Of a DNA stretch of 64,000 nucleotides, positions 9,441 through 18,594 are shown piece by piece (position 1 is the stretch's first letter; each line of letters starts with the position of its first letter). The notes beneath the pieces are model-generated. The model did no database searches, was not told the origin of the DNA, and saw only the letters and a list, made by a program, of their open reading frames with translations. The position numbers were made by a program, and so were the translations under genes. Source of the stretch: Gammaproteobacteria bacterium (GTDB lineage: Bacteria; Pseudomonadota; Gammaproteobacteria; RBG-16-57-12); NCBI GenBank assembly GCA_021647245.1, contig JAKIVC010000002.1, positions 64,184-128,183 of the forward strand. Reading direction: 5' to 3'.

Positions 9441-10016
9441 ATGAACACAACAGACTCCTTAAAAAACAACCTTTTGATTGCCATGCCCGGTATGGAGGAT
9501 GGCAATTTCTCCAAAACGGTTACCTATATTTGTGAACATACAGACGATGGCGCAATGGGCTTGATTCTCAGTATTCCCCTCGATATTACTTTCCGCCAAG
9601 TGGTAGGGCAGGTGGATAAAACCTTGTCACAGCGTGAAATGGACAAGTGCATCGATGATATCCCGGTCTATCTGGGTGGCCCGGTAGAGCCTGAACACGG
9701 CTTTGTTTTGCATACACCACAGGGGGAGTGGAGTGCTTCTCTGAAATTGACAGATGACCTCATGTTAACCACTTCCAGCGATATTATCAGTGCCATTGCC
9801 ACCGGTGAGGGGCCTGATCAATACTTGGTGATGCTAGGTTACGCGGGTTGGGGTGGTGAACAGCTGGAGCATGAAATGGCGCAAAATGCCTGGCTCAATG
9901 TGCCGGCAGATATGGCCCCGCTATGGGGCGAGCCAGCGGAGAAGCGTTGGCAGAAAGCGGCCGCTTTGCTGGGTGTGGATTTGAGCCGCCTCTCTCCGGA
10001 TGTCGGGCATGCCTGA
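9441..10016 (+). CDS. yqgE: YqgE/AlgH family protein.
   Basis: LLIAMPGMEDGNFSKTVTYICEHTDDGAMGLILSIPLD is the family signature. It is upstream of ruvX as in many gammaproteobacteria. Confidence 0.85.
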   Translation: MNTTDSLKNNLLIAMPGMEDGNFSKTVTYICEHTDDGAMGLILSIPLDITFRQVVGQVDKTLSQREMDKCIDDIPVYLGGPVEPEHGFVLHTPQGEWSASLKLTDDLMLTTSSDIISAIATGEGPDQYLVMLGYAGWGGEQLEHEMAQNAWLNVPADMAPLWGEPAEKRWQKAAALLGVDLSRLSPDVGHA

Positions 10017-10422
10017 GTCAACAGTGTTGGGGTTCGACTATGGCCGCCGCCGCATTGGCGTGGCTGTTGGCCAGACAATTACTCATACCAGCTCACCCCT
10101 GGCGACCATTCAGGCGGATCAGGGGAAGCCTGATTGGCACGCGGTACAGGCTCTGATCAATGAGTGGCAGCCGACAGTCTTTGTGGTAGGGATGCCGAAA
10201 AATATGGATGGCTCAGCACATCAGTTGACGGCGACGATTACCCGTTTTGGTAATCAGTTGCATGGGCGTTATGGCTTGCCGGTTCACTATATTGATGAGC
10301 GGTTGAGTTCCCGTGAGGCTGAGCGTAGCTTGATGCCGGGACAGGCCAAAAAGGATAAAGGCGTGATCGATCGGGTCGCCGCGCAACTCATATTACAAAC
10401 CTGGCTGGATCAAGAGAGATGA
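10000..10422 (+). CDS. ruvX: Holliday junction resolvase-like protein RuvX/YqgF.
   Basis: [17 protein letters not shown] RNase H-like motif. 140 aa. Confidence 0.9.
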   Translation: MSGMPESTVLGFDYGRRRIGVAVGQTITHTSSPLATIQADQGKPDWHAVQALINEWQPTVFVVGMPKNMDGSAHQLTATITRFGNQLHGRYGLPVHYIDERLSSREAERSLMPGQAKKDKGVIDRVAAQLILQTWLDQER

Positions 10423-10925
10423 GAGAAAATTTTGAGGTAACCACCCTGCTAGTGCAGATGGGCGAACAACTACAGGCACTCCTGAAGAAAAACGGGATTA
10501 GCGAAGCCAAGATGATTGGGATATACAGTGGTGGCGTCTGGGTAGCAGAACCACTGCACCGGCAGCTGGGTCTGGAGAGTCCGCTGGGTTGCCTCAACAT
10601 CTCCTTCTACCGGGATGACTTCACCCAGGTGGGCATGCACCCCGAGGTAAAGCCTTCGAACTTGCCTTTCGGCATCGATGGTGAAAACCTGATTTTGGTG
10701 GATGATGTTCTCTATACCGGACGAACGATTCGAGCCGCGTTGAACGAGATATTTGATTATGGCCGACCCGCATCGGTAACCTTAGTGGTGTTGGCGGATC
10801 GAAATGGCCGTGAGCTACCCATTCAGGCCGATGTGGTGGGCGTTAAGCTTGATCTGGACAGTCATGAACAGGTTAAGTTGAGTGGCCCCCAAAAACTCTC
10901 CCTGAATATTATCGAGTCCTTATGA
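10419..10925 (+). CDS. pyrR: Bifunctional pyr operon regulator / uracil phosphoribosyltransferase PyrR.
   Basis: PRTase motif [18 protein letters not shown]. 168 aa. Confidence 0.9.
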   Translation: MRENFEVTTLLVQMGEQLQALLKKNGISEAKMIGIYSGGVWVAEPLHRQLGLESPLGCLNISFYRDDFTQVGMHPEVKPSNLPFGIDGENLILVDDVLYTGRTIRAALNEIFDYGRPASVTLVVLADRNGRELPIQADVVGVKLDLDSHEQVKLSGPQKLSLNIIESL

Positions 10926-11902
10926 GTAGACGAAATATACAGCTGGATGAGCAACAGAAACTGCGCCACTTCATTGCCGTGGAGGGGTTGAAGCGACAGA
11001 TGCTGGTGGATATTCTTGATAGTGCAGAAAACTTTCTCGGACTCGGTGCACGCAAGGCAAAAAAAGTACCGCTGCTGCGGGGGAAAACCGTAGCCAATCT
11101 CTTTTTTGAAGCCAGTACCCGCACCCGCAGTACCTTTGAGCTGGCCGCACAGCGACTCTCTGCGGATCTACTGAGTATGGATATTAAAACCTCAGCTACC
11201 AGCAAAGGAGAGAGCCTGCTGGATATGTTGCAAAATCTGGAGGCGATGGGCGTGGATATGTTTATTGTGCGTCATGCTAGCAGTGGCGCGGCCCGCTTTA
11301 TTGCCGAACATGTGGCTCCCCATGTCAGCGTGATCAATGCTGGAGATGGTTGTCATGCCCATCCCACACAGGGAATGTTGGATATGTTTACTATTCGTCA
11401 GCAAAAGGGCGAGTTTGCGCCACTGACCGTGGCTATCGTGGGGGATATTTTGCACTCGCGGGTAGCGCGATCACAGATTCATGCACTGACCACCCTTGGG
11501 GTCACCGAAGTGCGGGTGGTCGCGCCGCGAACCCTGATCCCTGCGGATGTGGAGAGATTAGGGGTGCATGTTCATCATGAAATGGAGAGTGGCATTGAAA
11601 ATGCGGATGTAATCATTATGTTGCGCCTGCAAAAAGAGCGTATGCAGGGTGGGTTTCTACCCAGTGAAGCGGAATATTTCAAGCGCTATGGTTTGACCGA
11701 GGCACGTTTGAAGCTTGCAAAGCCTGACGTGACCGTGATGCACCCCGGGCCGATTAACCGTGGTGTCGAGATCGCCTCGGAGGTGGCTGATGGTCATCAT
11801 TCGGTTATCTTGCAGCAGGTTACCAATGGTATCGCCATTCGCATGGCGGTGATGTCGATGACTCTGGGGCGACCCACCTCTGCTGCGGGGGTAGCCAAAT
11901 GA
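10922..11902 (+). CDS. pyrB: Aspartate carbamoyltransferase catalytic subunit.
   Basis: STRTRSTFE carbamoyl-phosphate binding motif and HPTQ. 326 aa. Confidence 0.92.
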   Translation: MSRRNIQLDEQQKLRHFIAVEGLKRQMLVDILDSAENFLGLGARKAKKVPLLRGKTVANLFFEASTRTRSTFELAAQRLSADLLSMDIKTSATSKGESLLDMLQNLEAMGVDMFIVRHASSGAARFIAEHVAPHVSVINAGDGCHAHPTQGMLDMFTIRQQKGEFAPLTVAIVGDILHSRVARSQIHALTTLGVTEVRVVAPRTLIPADVERLGVHVHHEMESGIENADVIIMLRLQKERMQGGFLPSEAEYFKRYGLTEARLKLAKPDVTVMHPGPINRGVEIASEVADGHHSVILQQVTNGIAIRMAVMSMTLGRPTSAAGVAK

Positions 11903-13173
11903 AAACCCATATTCAAGGGGGTCGCCTAGTCGATGCTTCACAGGGTATCGACAGCGTTTGTGATCTCTACCTTGCCAATGGCAAGGTGTTGGCGATAGGC
12001 GACCGCCCGGACGGCTTTGAACCGGAGCAGTGCATTGATGCCAGTGGAAAAATTGTCTGCCCAGGCCTGGTGGATATGCAGGTCTACCTGCGTGAACCGG
12101 GTAATAGCCACAAGGGAACCATCGCCAGCGAATCTGCCGCTGCGGTGGCTGGCGGTGTTACCTCGCTCTGCTGTCCACCCGATATCACCTCAGTCACCGA
12201 TACCACTGCGGTTGTAGAGTTGATTCGCTTGAAGGCCGAAAAGGCTGCCAAGGCACATGTCTATGTGATCGGTGCTTTGACAAAAGGGCTTAACGGCGAA
12301 GAGATCAGCGCCATGCAGAGCCTCAAGGAGGCTGGCTGCGTGGGTGTAAGCAATGGCCACTATCCGATTAAAAATAGCCAGGTCATGCGGCGGGCAATGG
12401 AGTATGCCCGCACCATGGATATGACGCTGTTTCTACATGCTGAAGATCCGTGGCTGAGCCAAGGTGGCTGTGCCCATGAAGGTGCGGTGAGTACCCGAAT
12501 GGGTTTGACGGGTATCCCCGCGTGTGCCGAGGAGGTGGAGGTGGCCAAGCTGCTGCAACTGGTTGAAATGACCGGTGCACGGGTTCATTTTAGTCAGCTA
12601 TCCACCACAAAAGCGGTGCGAATGATCAGCCGGGCACAGTTTGAAGGGCTACCTATCAGCGCCGATGTGGCCGCTCATCAACTCCATTTGAGTCATATTG
12701 ATATTGCTGAATTTAACAGCCTTTGCCATGTTCAGCCACCACTGCGTAGTGAGCGTGATCGTGACGGGCTACGTGAAGGTCTAAGAGAGGGGATAATCGG
12801 TGTGATCTGCTCCGATCATCAACCCCACGATAAAGACGCCAAACTTGCCCCCTTTGCTGAGGCAGAACCGGGCATTTCGGCACTGGAGAGCTTGCTCCCC
12901 CTAGCGCTGCGCCTATCTGACTCGGGCATGAGCCTGATGGATATTATTGGCTGCTTGACCACCACGCCAGCCAAAATTTTGGGTATTGCGGCAGGTAGCT
13001 TGGCAGAGGGTTGCTGTGCCGACGTCTGTATTTTTGACCCGCAAGAGTATTGGGTATTGAGTGAGCAAGCGATGGTCAGTCGGGGTAAGAATAATCCATT
13101 TGTTGGTCGGGAGTTAAAAGGGCGAGTGCACTACACCTTGCTGGCCGGTGCGATTGTCTACCACCTAGGCTGA
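11899..13173 (+). CDS. pyrC': Dihydroorotase-like protein, probably a non-catalytic PyrC' structural subunit of ATCase.
   Basis: Amidohydrolase fold ([11 protein letters not shown]...[17 protein letters not shown]), but the canonical HxH zinc ligands are replaced (DMQVYL). It follows pyrB as in Pseudomonas. Confidence 0.75.
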   Translation: MKTHIQGGRLVDASQGIDSVCDLYLANGKVLAIGDRPDGFEPEQCIDASGKIVCPGLVDMQVYLREPGNSHKGTIASESAAAVAGGVTSLCCPPDITSVTDTTAVVELIRLKAEKAAKAHVYVIGALTKGLNGEEISAMQSLKEAGCVGVSNGHYPIKNSQVMRRAMEYARTMDMTLFLHAEDPWLSQGGCAHEGAVSTRMGLTGIPACAEEVEVAKLLQLVEMTGARVHFSQLSTTKAVRMISRAQFEGLPISADVAAHQLHLSHIDIAEFNSLCHVQPPLRSERDRDGLREGLREGIIGVICSDHQPHDKDAKLAPFAEAEPGISALESLLPLALRLSDSGMSLMDIIGCLTTTPAKILGIAAGSLAEGCCADVCIFDPQEYWVLSEQAMVSRGKNNPFVGRELKGRVHYTLLAGAIVYHLG

Positions 13174-13185
13174 TCGGGCAGGCTG

Positions 13186-13770
13186 ATGATTGAGCATATT
13201 AAGAGAGTATCTGCGAGCAACTATCCTGGCGGGTTTACACATTTACGCCTCGTCGCTGAGGGTATTGCAGAGAAGGCTCGGCCGGGGCAGTGGATTATCT
13301 GGGGCAGCCGCACGCTCTACATTATGCGTAGCGACCCTCAAACAGGCTGTATTGAGCTGCTGTTTACCGGTAAAACACCCCACCAAGATAAGATTGAAGG
13401 GCCTGGCGGAGACGCGCCCGTTCTTCCTGAGGTGTGCTTTCGCTCACTGTTGGTGGGTGGCGTTGAGGCGCTAGCGCAGCTGATTTTTTTTGCTGATTCA
13501 CTGCGCAAGCGCCGGAGTCACACCACGCTGTTGCTGCTGCAAGCGACTCAGCCGCTGCCCTTCACGCCCACTCCTTGCCGCATCATGATTCCAGGAATGC
13601 CTGCGGGTGTTATCGCAACCCTGCCGTTACTGAGTGATTGGGGGGTTGCGCTGCGAATCGCCTCTAATGATGGGCTTCCAGGTTGCTATCATGGCAGTGT
13701 GGATGAGCTGGCAGAGCAGTGGTTGAGCGCGCAGCCTCGACCGAGTGAAATTGCGTGTAGTCGGCTATGA
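13186..13770 (+). CDS. Hypothetical protein. There is a weak resemblance to the PyrK-type FAD-binding domain of ferredoxin reductases, possibly degenerate.
   Basis: PGQWIIWGSRTLYIMRSDPQTGCIELLF resembles the RxxS FAD-binding beta-barrel motif of PyrK-like proteins. There is no clear NAD-binding or Fe-S region. 194 aa. Confidence 0.3.
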   Translation: MIEHIKRVSASNYPGGFTHLRLVAEGIAEKARPGQWIIWGSRTLYIMRSDPQTGCIELLFTGKTPHQDKIEGPGGDAPVLPEVCFRSLLVGGVEALAQLIFFADSLRKRRSHTTLLLLQATQPLPFTPTPCRIMIPGMPAGVIATLPLLSDWGVALRIASNDGLPGCYHGSVDELAEQWLSAQPRPSEIACSRL

Positions 13771-14988
13771 CTCATCAGGGTTGAGCAATACGTAATCTGT
13801 CTGCTGCTTTTTTTTGGGTTCTTTCTCTTTAGGCTCACTCTCTGTATCCTCTTGTTGCTGCTCCGTTATGTTCCAGTCGCGCTCGTTTTCATCCCTATCG
13901 CCATCATGGTCAAGCTTAATCATTAAACGTAACTGATTAGCGGAGTCCGCATGGCGCAGCGCATCTTCATAGGTGATATCACCCGCGTCGTAAAGATCAT
14001 AAAGTGCCTGGTCAAAGGTCTGCATACCCCTATTTTTGGATTTCCCCATCACCTCTTTTATTTTGGCAATCTCACCTTTTTGAATGAGATCCGAGACGAA
14101 GGGTGTGCCGATCAGAATCTCCAGAGCGGCGCACCGACTATTGCCATCAACGCGGGTAATCAGCTGCTGGGCGATGATTGCTTTTAGGTTGAGTGAAAGA
14201 TCCAGCAGTATCTGCTCACGCCGCTCAAAGGGGAAGAAGTTGATAATGCGCTCGAGTGACTGGTTGGCATTATTAGCATGTAGCGTAGCGAGGCAGAGGT
14301 GCCCAGTTTCAGCAAAGGTAAGCGCGTGCTCCATGGTTTCGCGGGTACGAATTTCACCAATCAAAATAACATCGGGTGCTTGTCGCAGGGTGTTTTTAAG
14401 TGCGATGCCATAGCTTTCAGTATCAACACCCACTTCGCGCTGGGTGATGATACAGCCATCGTGTTGGTGAATATATTCGATGGGATCCTCAATGGAGATG
14501 ATATGACCATGCGAGTTACGGTTGCGGTGGCCGATCATGGCAGCCAGTGAGGTGGATTTTCCTGAGCCGGTTCCACCCACCACTAAAATTAAGCCACGCT
14601 TCTCCATTACCATCTCATTGAGCTGAAGAGGAAGCTTGAGCGCTTCTATTGTTGGAATTACCGTCTCAATCTTGCGTAACACCATGCCGATTTTCTGTTT
14701 TTGACAGAAGACACTGACACGAAAGCGCCCGACATTAGGTCGGTGGATGGCAAAGTTAGCCTCCTGTGTCTCATCAAACTGGCGGCGTTGCTCTGCATTC
14801 ATTACGCTATAGACCACATCCGTGGCCTGCTGCTGGCTGAGTGGGTTGGGTGAGACTGGGACATTTCGACCATTGATTTTTAGCGTGGGTGGCAAGTCTG
14901 CGGATACAAACATATCCGAGGCTTGTCTGCGCATCATCAGCTTGAGCAGGTAGTCAAAATTTTCAATCGATTGGGTGTTTTTTGTCAC
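13765..14988 (-). CDS. pilU: Type IV pilus retraction ATPase PilU, with an unusual acidic/Lys-rich C-terminal tail. The GTG start overlaps the pilT stop.
   Basis: Walker A GGTGSGKSTSLAAM and PilT/PilU family motifs. The likely GTG start in TAGTG overlaps the pilT stop at 14986-14988. The C-terminal ~50 aa are KEKEPKKKQQ/E-rich. Confidence 0.85.
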   Translation of the reverse strand: MTKNTQSIENFDYLLKLMMRRQASDMFVSADLPPTLKINGRNVPVSPNPLSQQQATDVVYSVMNAEQRRQFDETQEANFAIHRPNVGRFRVSVFCQKQKIGMVLRKIETVIPTIEALKLPLQLNEMVMEKRGLILVVGGTGSGKSTSLAAMIGHRNRNSHGHIISIEDPIEYIHQHDGCIITQREVGVDTESYGIALKNTLRQAPDVILIGEIRTRETMEHALTFAETGHLCLATLHANNANQSLERIINFFPFERREQILLDLSLNLKAIIAQQLITRVDGNSRCAALEILIGTPFVSDLIQKGEIAKIKEVMGKSKNRGMQTFDQALYDLYDAGDITYEDALRHADSANQLRLMIKLDHDGDRDENERDWNITEQQQEDTESEPKEKEPKKKQQTDYVLLNPDES

Positions 14989-16025
14989 TAGCGGAATAGA
15001 TCCTTGTTGACGGCTTTTGTGGCAGCATCCTGCTTGCTGACCAAACCTTTTTGTACCAGGTTTTGTAGGCACTGATCCAGTGTTTGCATGCCAATCGCCT
15101 GGCTGGTTTGAAGTACCGAGTACATCTGCGGCACCTTCGCTTCGCGAATAAGATTACGAATTGCGGGCGTACCAATCATTATTTCGTGGGCCGCTATGCG
15201 CCCGCCACCCATCTTTTTCAGCAGTGATTGGGAGATAACCGCTTGCAGTGACTCAGAGAGCATCGCCCGCACCATCTCTTTTTCACCACCAGGAAAGACA
15301 TCGATAATCCGGTCGATGGTTTTCGCCGCTGAGCTGGTGTGGAGCGTGCCAAATACCAAGTGCCCGGTTTCAGCGGCTGAAAGCGCTAAACCGATGGTTT
15401 CAGGGTCACGCATTTCACCCACCAGAATAACATCAGGGTCTTCACGTAGCGCAGAGCGCAGTGACTCGGAAAAGCCAAGGGTGTCGCGATGAACTTCGCG
15501 TTGATTGATGAGGCATTTTTTTGATTCGTGCACAAATTCTATCGGGTCTTCAATGGTTAGAATATGGCCAAACTCATTCTCATTTTTGTCATTTACCATG
15601 GCGGCGAGGGTGGTGGATTTACCCGAGCCGGTAGGGCCCGTTACCAGCACCAGGCCGCGTGGATATTGTGCAATCCTCTTGAATATTTCGGGGGCACCCA
15701 GATCGTCCAGCGTGAGTATTTTTGAAGGGATGGTTCGGAATACCGCACCGGCTCCCCGGTTTTGATTGAAAGCATTGACACGAAAACGCGCTAAGTTGGG
15801 TATTTCGAAGGAGAAATCAGTCTCAAAGAACTCCTCGAAATCTTTGCGCTGTTTATCATTCATGATGTCATAAATCAGGCTCTGCACCGTTTTGTGGTCG
15901 AGTGCTGGCACATTAATTCGGCGAATATCACCGTCAACACGAATCATCGGCGGCTCACCCGCAGAGAGGTGTAGATCAGATGCGTTATTTTTCACACCAA
16001 AAGCGAGCAGTTCTGTAATGTCCAT
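14988..16025 (-). CDS. pilT: Type IV pilus twitching motility ATPase PilT.
   Basis: MDITELLAFGVKNNASDLHLSAGEPPMIRVDGDIRRI... plus GPTGSGKSTTLAAM. 345 aa. Confidence 0.95.
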   Translation of the reverse strand: MDITELLAFGVKNNASDLHLSAGEPPMIRVDGDIRRINVPALDHKTVQSLIYDIMNDKQRKDFEEFFETDFSFEIPNLARFRVNAFNQNRGAGAVFRTIPSKILTLDDLGAPEIFKRIAQYPRGLVLVTGPTGSGKSTTLAAMVNDKNENEFGHILTIEDPIEFVHESKKCLINQREVHRDTLGFSESLRSALREDPDVILVGEMRDPETIGLALSAAETGHLVFGTLHTSSAAKTIDRIIDVFPGGEKEMVRAMLSESLQAVISQSLLKKMGGGRIAAHEIMIGTPAIRNLIREAKVPQMYSVLQTSQAIGMQTLDQCLQNLVQKGLVSKQDAATKAVNKDLFR

Positions 16026-16175
16026 CTGTTATTCCCAATAATAAATTGTACCGAAGTCATCTTACCACCCTATGGTGTGGGTTGGTAAGCGGTTGATTAT
16101 TTGATGGTTGAGCATTGATTATAGCCGTGTATAGCGGCATTCTAGAAGAAAAACTTAGCCCCTGTAAGGCCTTTG

Positions 16176-16272
16176 TTCTCATTCCCAGATAGGGTCACGC
16201 ATACTGTACAAGCTCTTGATTCCACAGTGAAACCAAACGCTTACACACTAACCTGGGGATGAGGGCTTTACG
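16176..16272 (+). repeat. Short variant of intergenic repeat family R1.
   Basis: The core attcccagatagggtcacgcatactgtacaagctcttgattccacagtgaaac matches the copies at 37862, 41453 and 50554. The right end cctggggatgaggg is an inverted copy of the left end. Confidence 0.6.
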
Positions 16273-16309
16273 TGAAAGGTGGTTTCATCCTGCGGGGTGG
16301 TAGTATGAG

Positions 16310-17044
16310 GTGTCATATCCAACGGGAGAGGTGATGGTGAGTTCGCGACAAAATCCACTGGCGGAGCGTTATGCGCAGCTGATAATGCGTATTCGGCATG
16401 CCGAGCAACAGGCTGGCCGCTCTGTCGGTTCGGTGCAGCTATTGGCTGTTAGTAAAACGGTGGCCGCTGAGCGGCTGGGTTATGCTGCTCTGCTGGGGCA
16501 ACAGGCGTTTGGTGAGAATTACCTACAAGAGGCGTTGAATAAACAGGTTTTACTTGCCGAGCTTGATCTCCAGTGGCATTTTATTGGGCCGTTGCAATCC
16601 AATAAAAGCCGGGCAGTTGCAGAGAAGTTCAACTGGTTGCACACACTTGATCGGCTAAAATTGGCACGGCGGCTCTCAGCTCAGCGCCCCGAAAATATGC
16701 CACCCTTGAATATCTGCTTGCAAGTGAATATCAGTGGTGAGCCGAGCAAGTCCGGTGTATTACCTGACGAACTCTCACCGCTGGCGGCTGATATTGCCGA
16801 GTTGCCGGGGTTGCAATTGCGGGGTTTGATGGCACTGCCGGCCCCTTGTGATAAGTTTGATGAACAGCGTCGCGTATTTGCCTCAGTACGCAAGCTTTAT
16901 CAGCAGTTGATTGATGAGGGGCACCCGTTGGATACGTTGTCCATGGGAATGTCGGCAGACCTTGAGGCAGCGGTGGCGGAAGGTGCTACCATAGTACGCA
17001 TAGGCAGTGCACTGTTTGGTGCTCGTGATCATAAGATGCAGTAA
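16310..17044 (+). CDS. yggS: PLP homeostasis protein YggS.
   Basis: LLAVSKT...FGENYLQE motifs. 244 aa. It is upstream of proC-yggT as in Pseudomonas. Confidence 0.9.
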   Translation: MSYPTGEVMVSSRQNPLAERYAQLIMRIRHAEQQAGRSVGSVQLLAVSKTVAAERLGYAALLGQQAFGENYLQEALNKQVLLAELDLQWHFIGPLQSNKSRAVAEKFNWLHTLDRLKLARRLSAQRPENMPPLNICLQVNISGEPSKSGVLPDELSPLAADIAELPGLQLRGLMALPAPCDKFDEQRRVFASVRKLYQQLIDEGHPLDTLSMGMSADLEAAVAEGATIVRIGSALFGARDHKMQ

Positions 17045-17056
17045 AGGGCTGGGTTT

Positions 17057-17881
17057 ATGGAACAGTGTAAAATTGTTTTTATCGGTGGCGGCAATATGGC
17101 CGGCAGTATTATGGGTGGTTTACTACAGGGTGGCTGCCAGGCAGAAAATATCTATATTTGTGACCCTAACCAAGAGCGGCTGACGGTTCTCCAGCAGCGC
17201 TATGGGGTGAATGTTTCGACCCGTAACGATGACTTTGTGGCGCTGGCGGATCTGTTGGTATTGGCGGTGAAGCCACAAGTGATGCACTCAGTGGTGGAAG
17301 GGATGGCCTCTAAAATAAGAGATGACACGCTACTGGTATCAGTAGTAGCCGGTATTCGTGGAAAGGATATTGAGTCTTGGCTGAAGGGTAATCACGCGAT
17401 TGTTCGTTGTATGCCAAACACACCGGCATTGGTGCAGAGTGGTGCCAGTGGCTTGTACGCAAATAGTCAGGTGAGCGATGCACAGCGTAACCTAGCCGAA
17501 TCCTTAATGCGGTCGGTAGGAATAGTCGTCTGGTTAGACCATGAAGAGCAGATGGATGCGGTAACAGCAGTTTCAGGCAGTGGTCCAGCCTACTTTTTTC
17601 TGGTGATGGAGGCGATGCAAAAGTCGGCAGAAAAACTAGGGCTTACCCCTGAAATGTCACGCCTGCTAACGGTACAGACTGCGCTTGGAGCCGCCAAAAT
17701 GGCGATGGAGAGTGAAGAGGGCGTGGCGGCACTACGGCACCGTGTTACCTCGCCAGGCGGTACCACTGAACAAGCAGTCAATACGTTACAGGCGGGAGGG
17801 GTTGAGGCTGCCTTTGATGATGCACTGCAAGCGGCTTGTCGTCGTTCAAAAGAGCTGGCAGAAATGTTTGGGGGTCGGTAA
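17057..17881 (+). CDS. proC: Pyrroline-5-carboxylate reductase.
   Basis: FIGGGNMAGSI Rossmann motif and a ProC C-terminal domain. 274 aa. Confidence 0.92.
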   Translation: MEQCKIVFIGGGNMAGSIMGGLLQGGCQAENIYICDPNQERLTVLQQRYGVNVSTRNDDFVALADLLVLAVKPQVMHSVVEGMASKIRDDTLLVSVVAGIRGKDIESWLKGNHAIVRCMPNTPALVQSGASGLYANSQVSDAQRNLAESLMRSVGIVVWLDHEEQMDAVTAVSGSGPAYFFLVMEAMQKSAEKLGLTPEMSRLLTVQTALGAAKMAMESEEGVAALRHRVTSPGGTTEQAVNTLQAGGVEAAFDDALQAACRRSKELAEMFGGR

Positions 17882-18468
17882 TGAGTGGCGAATATTTTGG
17901 CGCAGCCTCTATTTTTTTGGTGCGAACCCTGTTTGGACTTTACATCTTAGCGGTACTGCTGCGTTTTTTGTTACAGATGGTGCGTGCTGATTTTTATAAC
18001 CCAATTTGTCAGATTTTAGTTAAAGTGACGGATCCCGCGCTGCGGCCACTACGTCGAGTTATTCCAGGTCTCCTGGGTATCGATATGGCCGCTGTGGTAT
18101 TGCTGCTGCTGTTAAAGACGGCGGAGCTGTTTATCATTCAGCAGCTGGCAGGTGTGGGTGGCAATGTGATGGGTCTGTTTGTGCTGGGTATTGCTCAAAT
18201 GGTTGAGTTGACGCTGAATATTTTTTTCTTCTCGGTATTAGCCCAGGTGATTTTAAGCTGGGTTAATCCAGCTACAAACTATAATCCTGTGGTGGCACTG
18301 CTCCATGCACTGAATGAGCCGTTGATGCGGCCAGCCCGGCGCCTGCTACCCGCCATGTCAGGGCTGGATCTTTCACCGTTGCTGGTGATCATTGTGATAC
18401 AGTTGATAACAATGTTATTGGTGGCGCCACTCAATGATGTTGCACTGCGATTATTATCCGCAGCTTAA
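17881..18468 (+). CDS. yggT: YggT family membrane protein. The start was moved to the ATG overlapping the proC stop (TAATG).
   Basis: Two YGGT repeats, hydrophobic. The internal Met fits the operon overlap better than the ORF-track start at 17836. Confidence 0.75.
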   Translation: MSGEYFGAASIFLVRTLFGLYILAVLLRFLLQMVRADFYNPICQILVKVTDPALRPLRRVIPGLLGIDMAAVVLLLLLKTAELFIIQQLAGVGGNVMGLFVLGIAQMVELTLNIFFFSVLAQVILSWVNPATNYNPVVALLHALNEPLMRPARRLLPAMSGLDLSPLLVIIVIQLITMLLVAPLNDVALRLLSAA

Positions 18469-18594
18469 TCGCTTGATAGGCCATTATCTGCACGGTAAAA
18501 ATAAATTCTGTTAATACCCAGTAAATACAGACCGATACACTGTGATGTAAATGTAAAAAGGCAACTGGCCTTCTTCCCCAGGCGGATATGGAAA

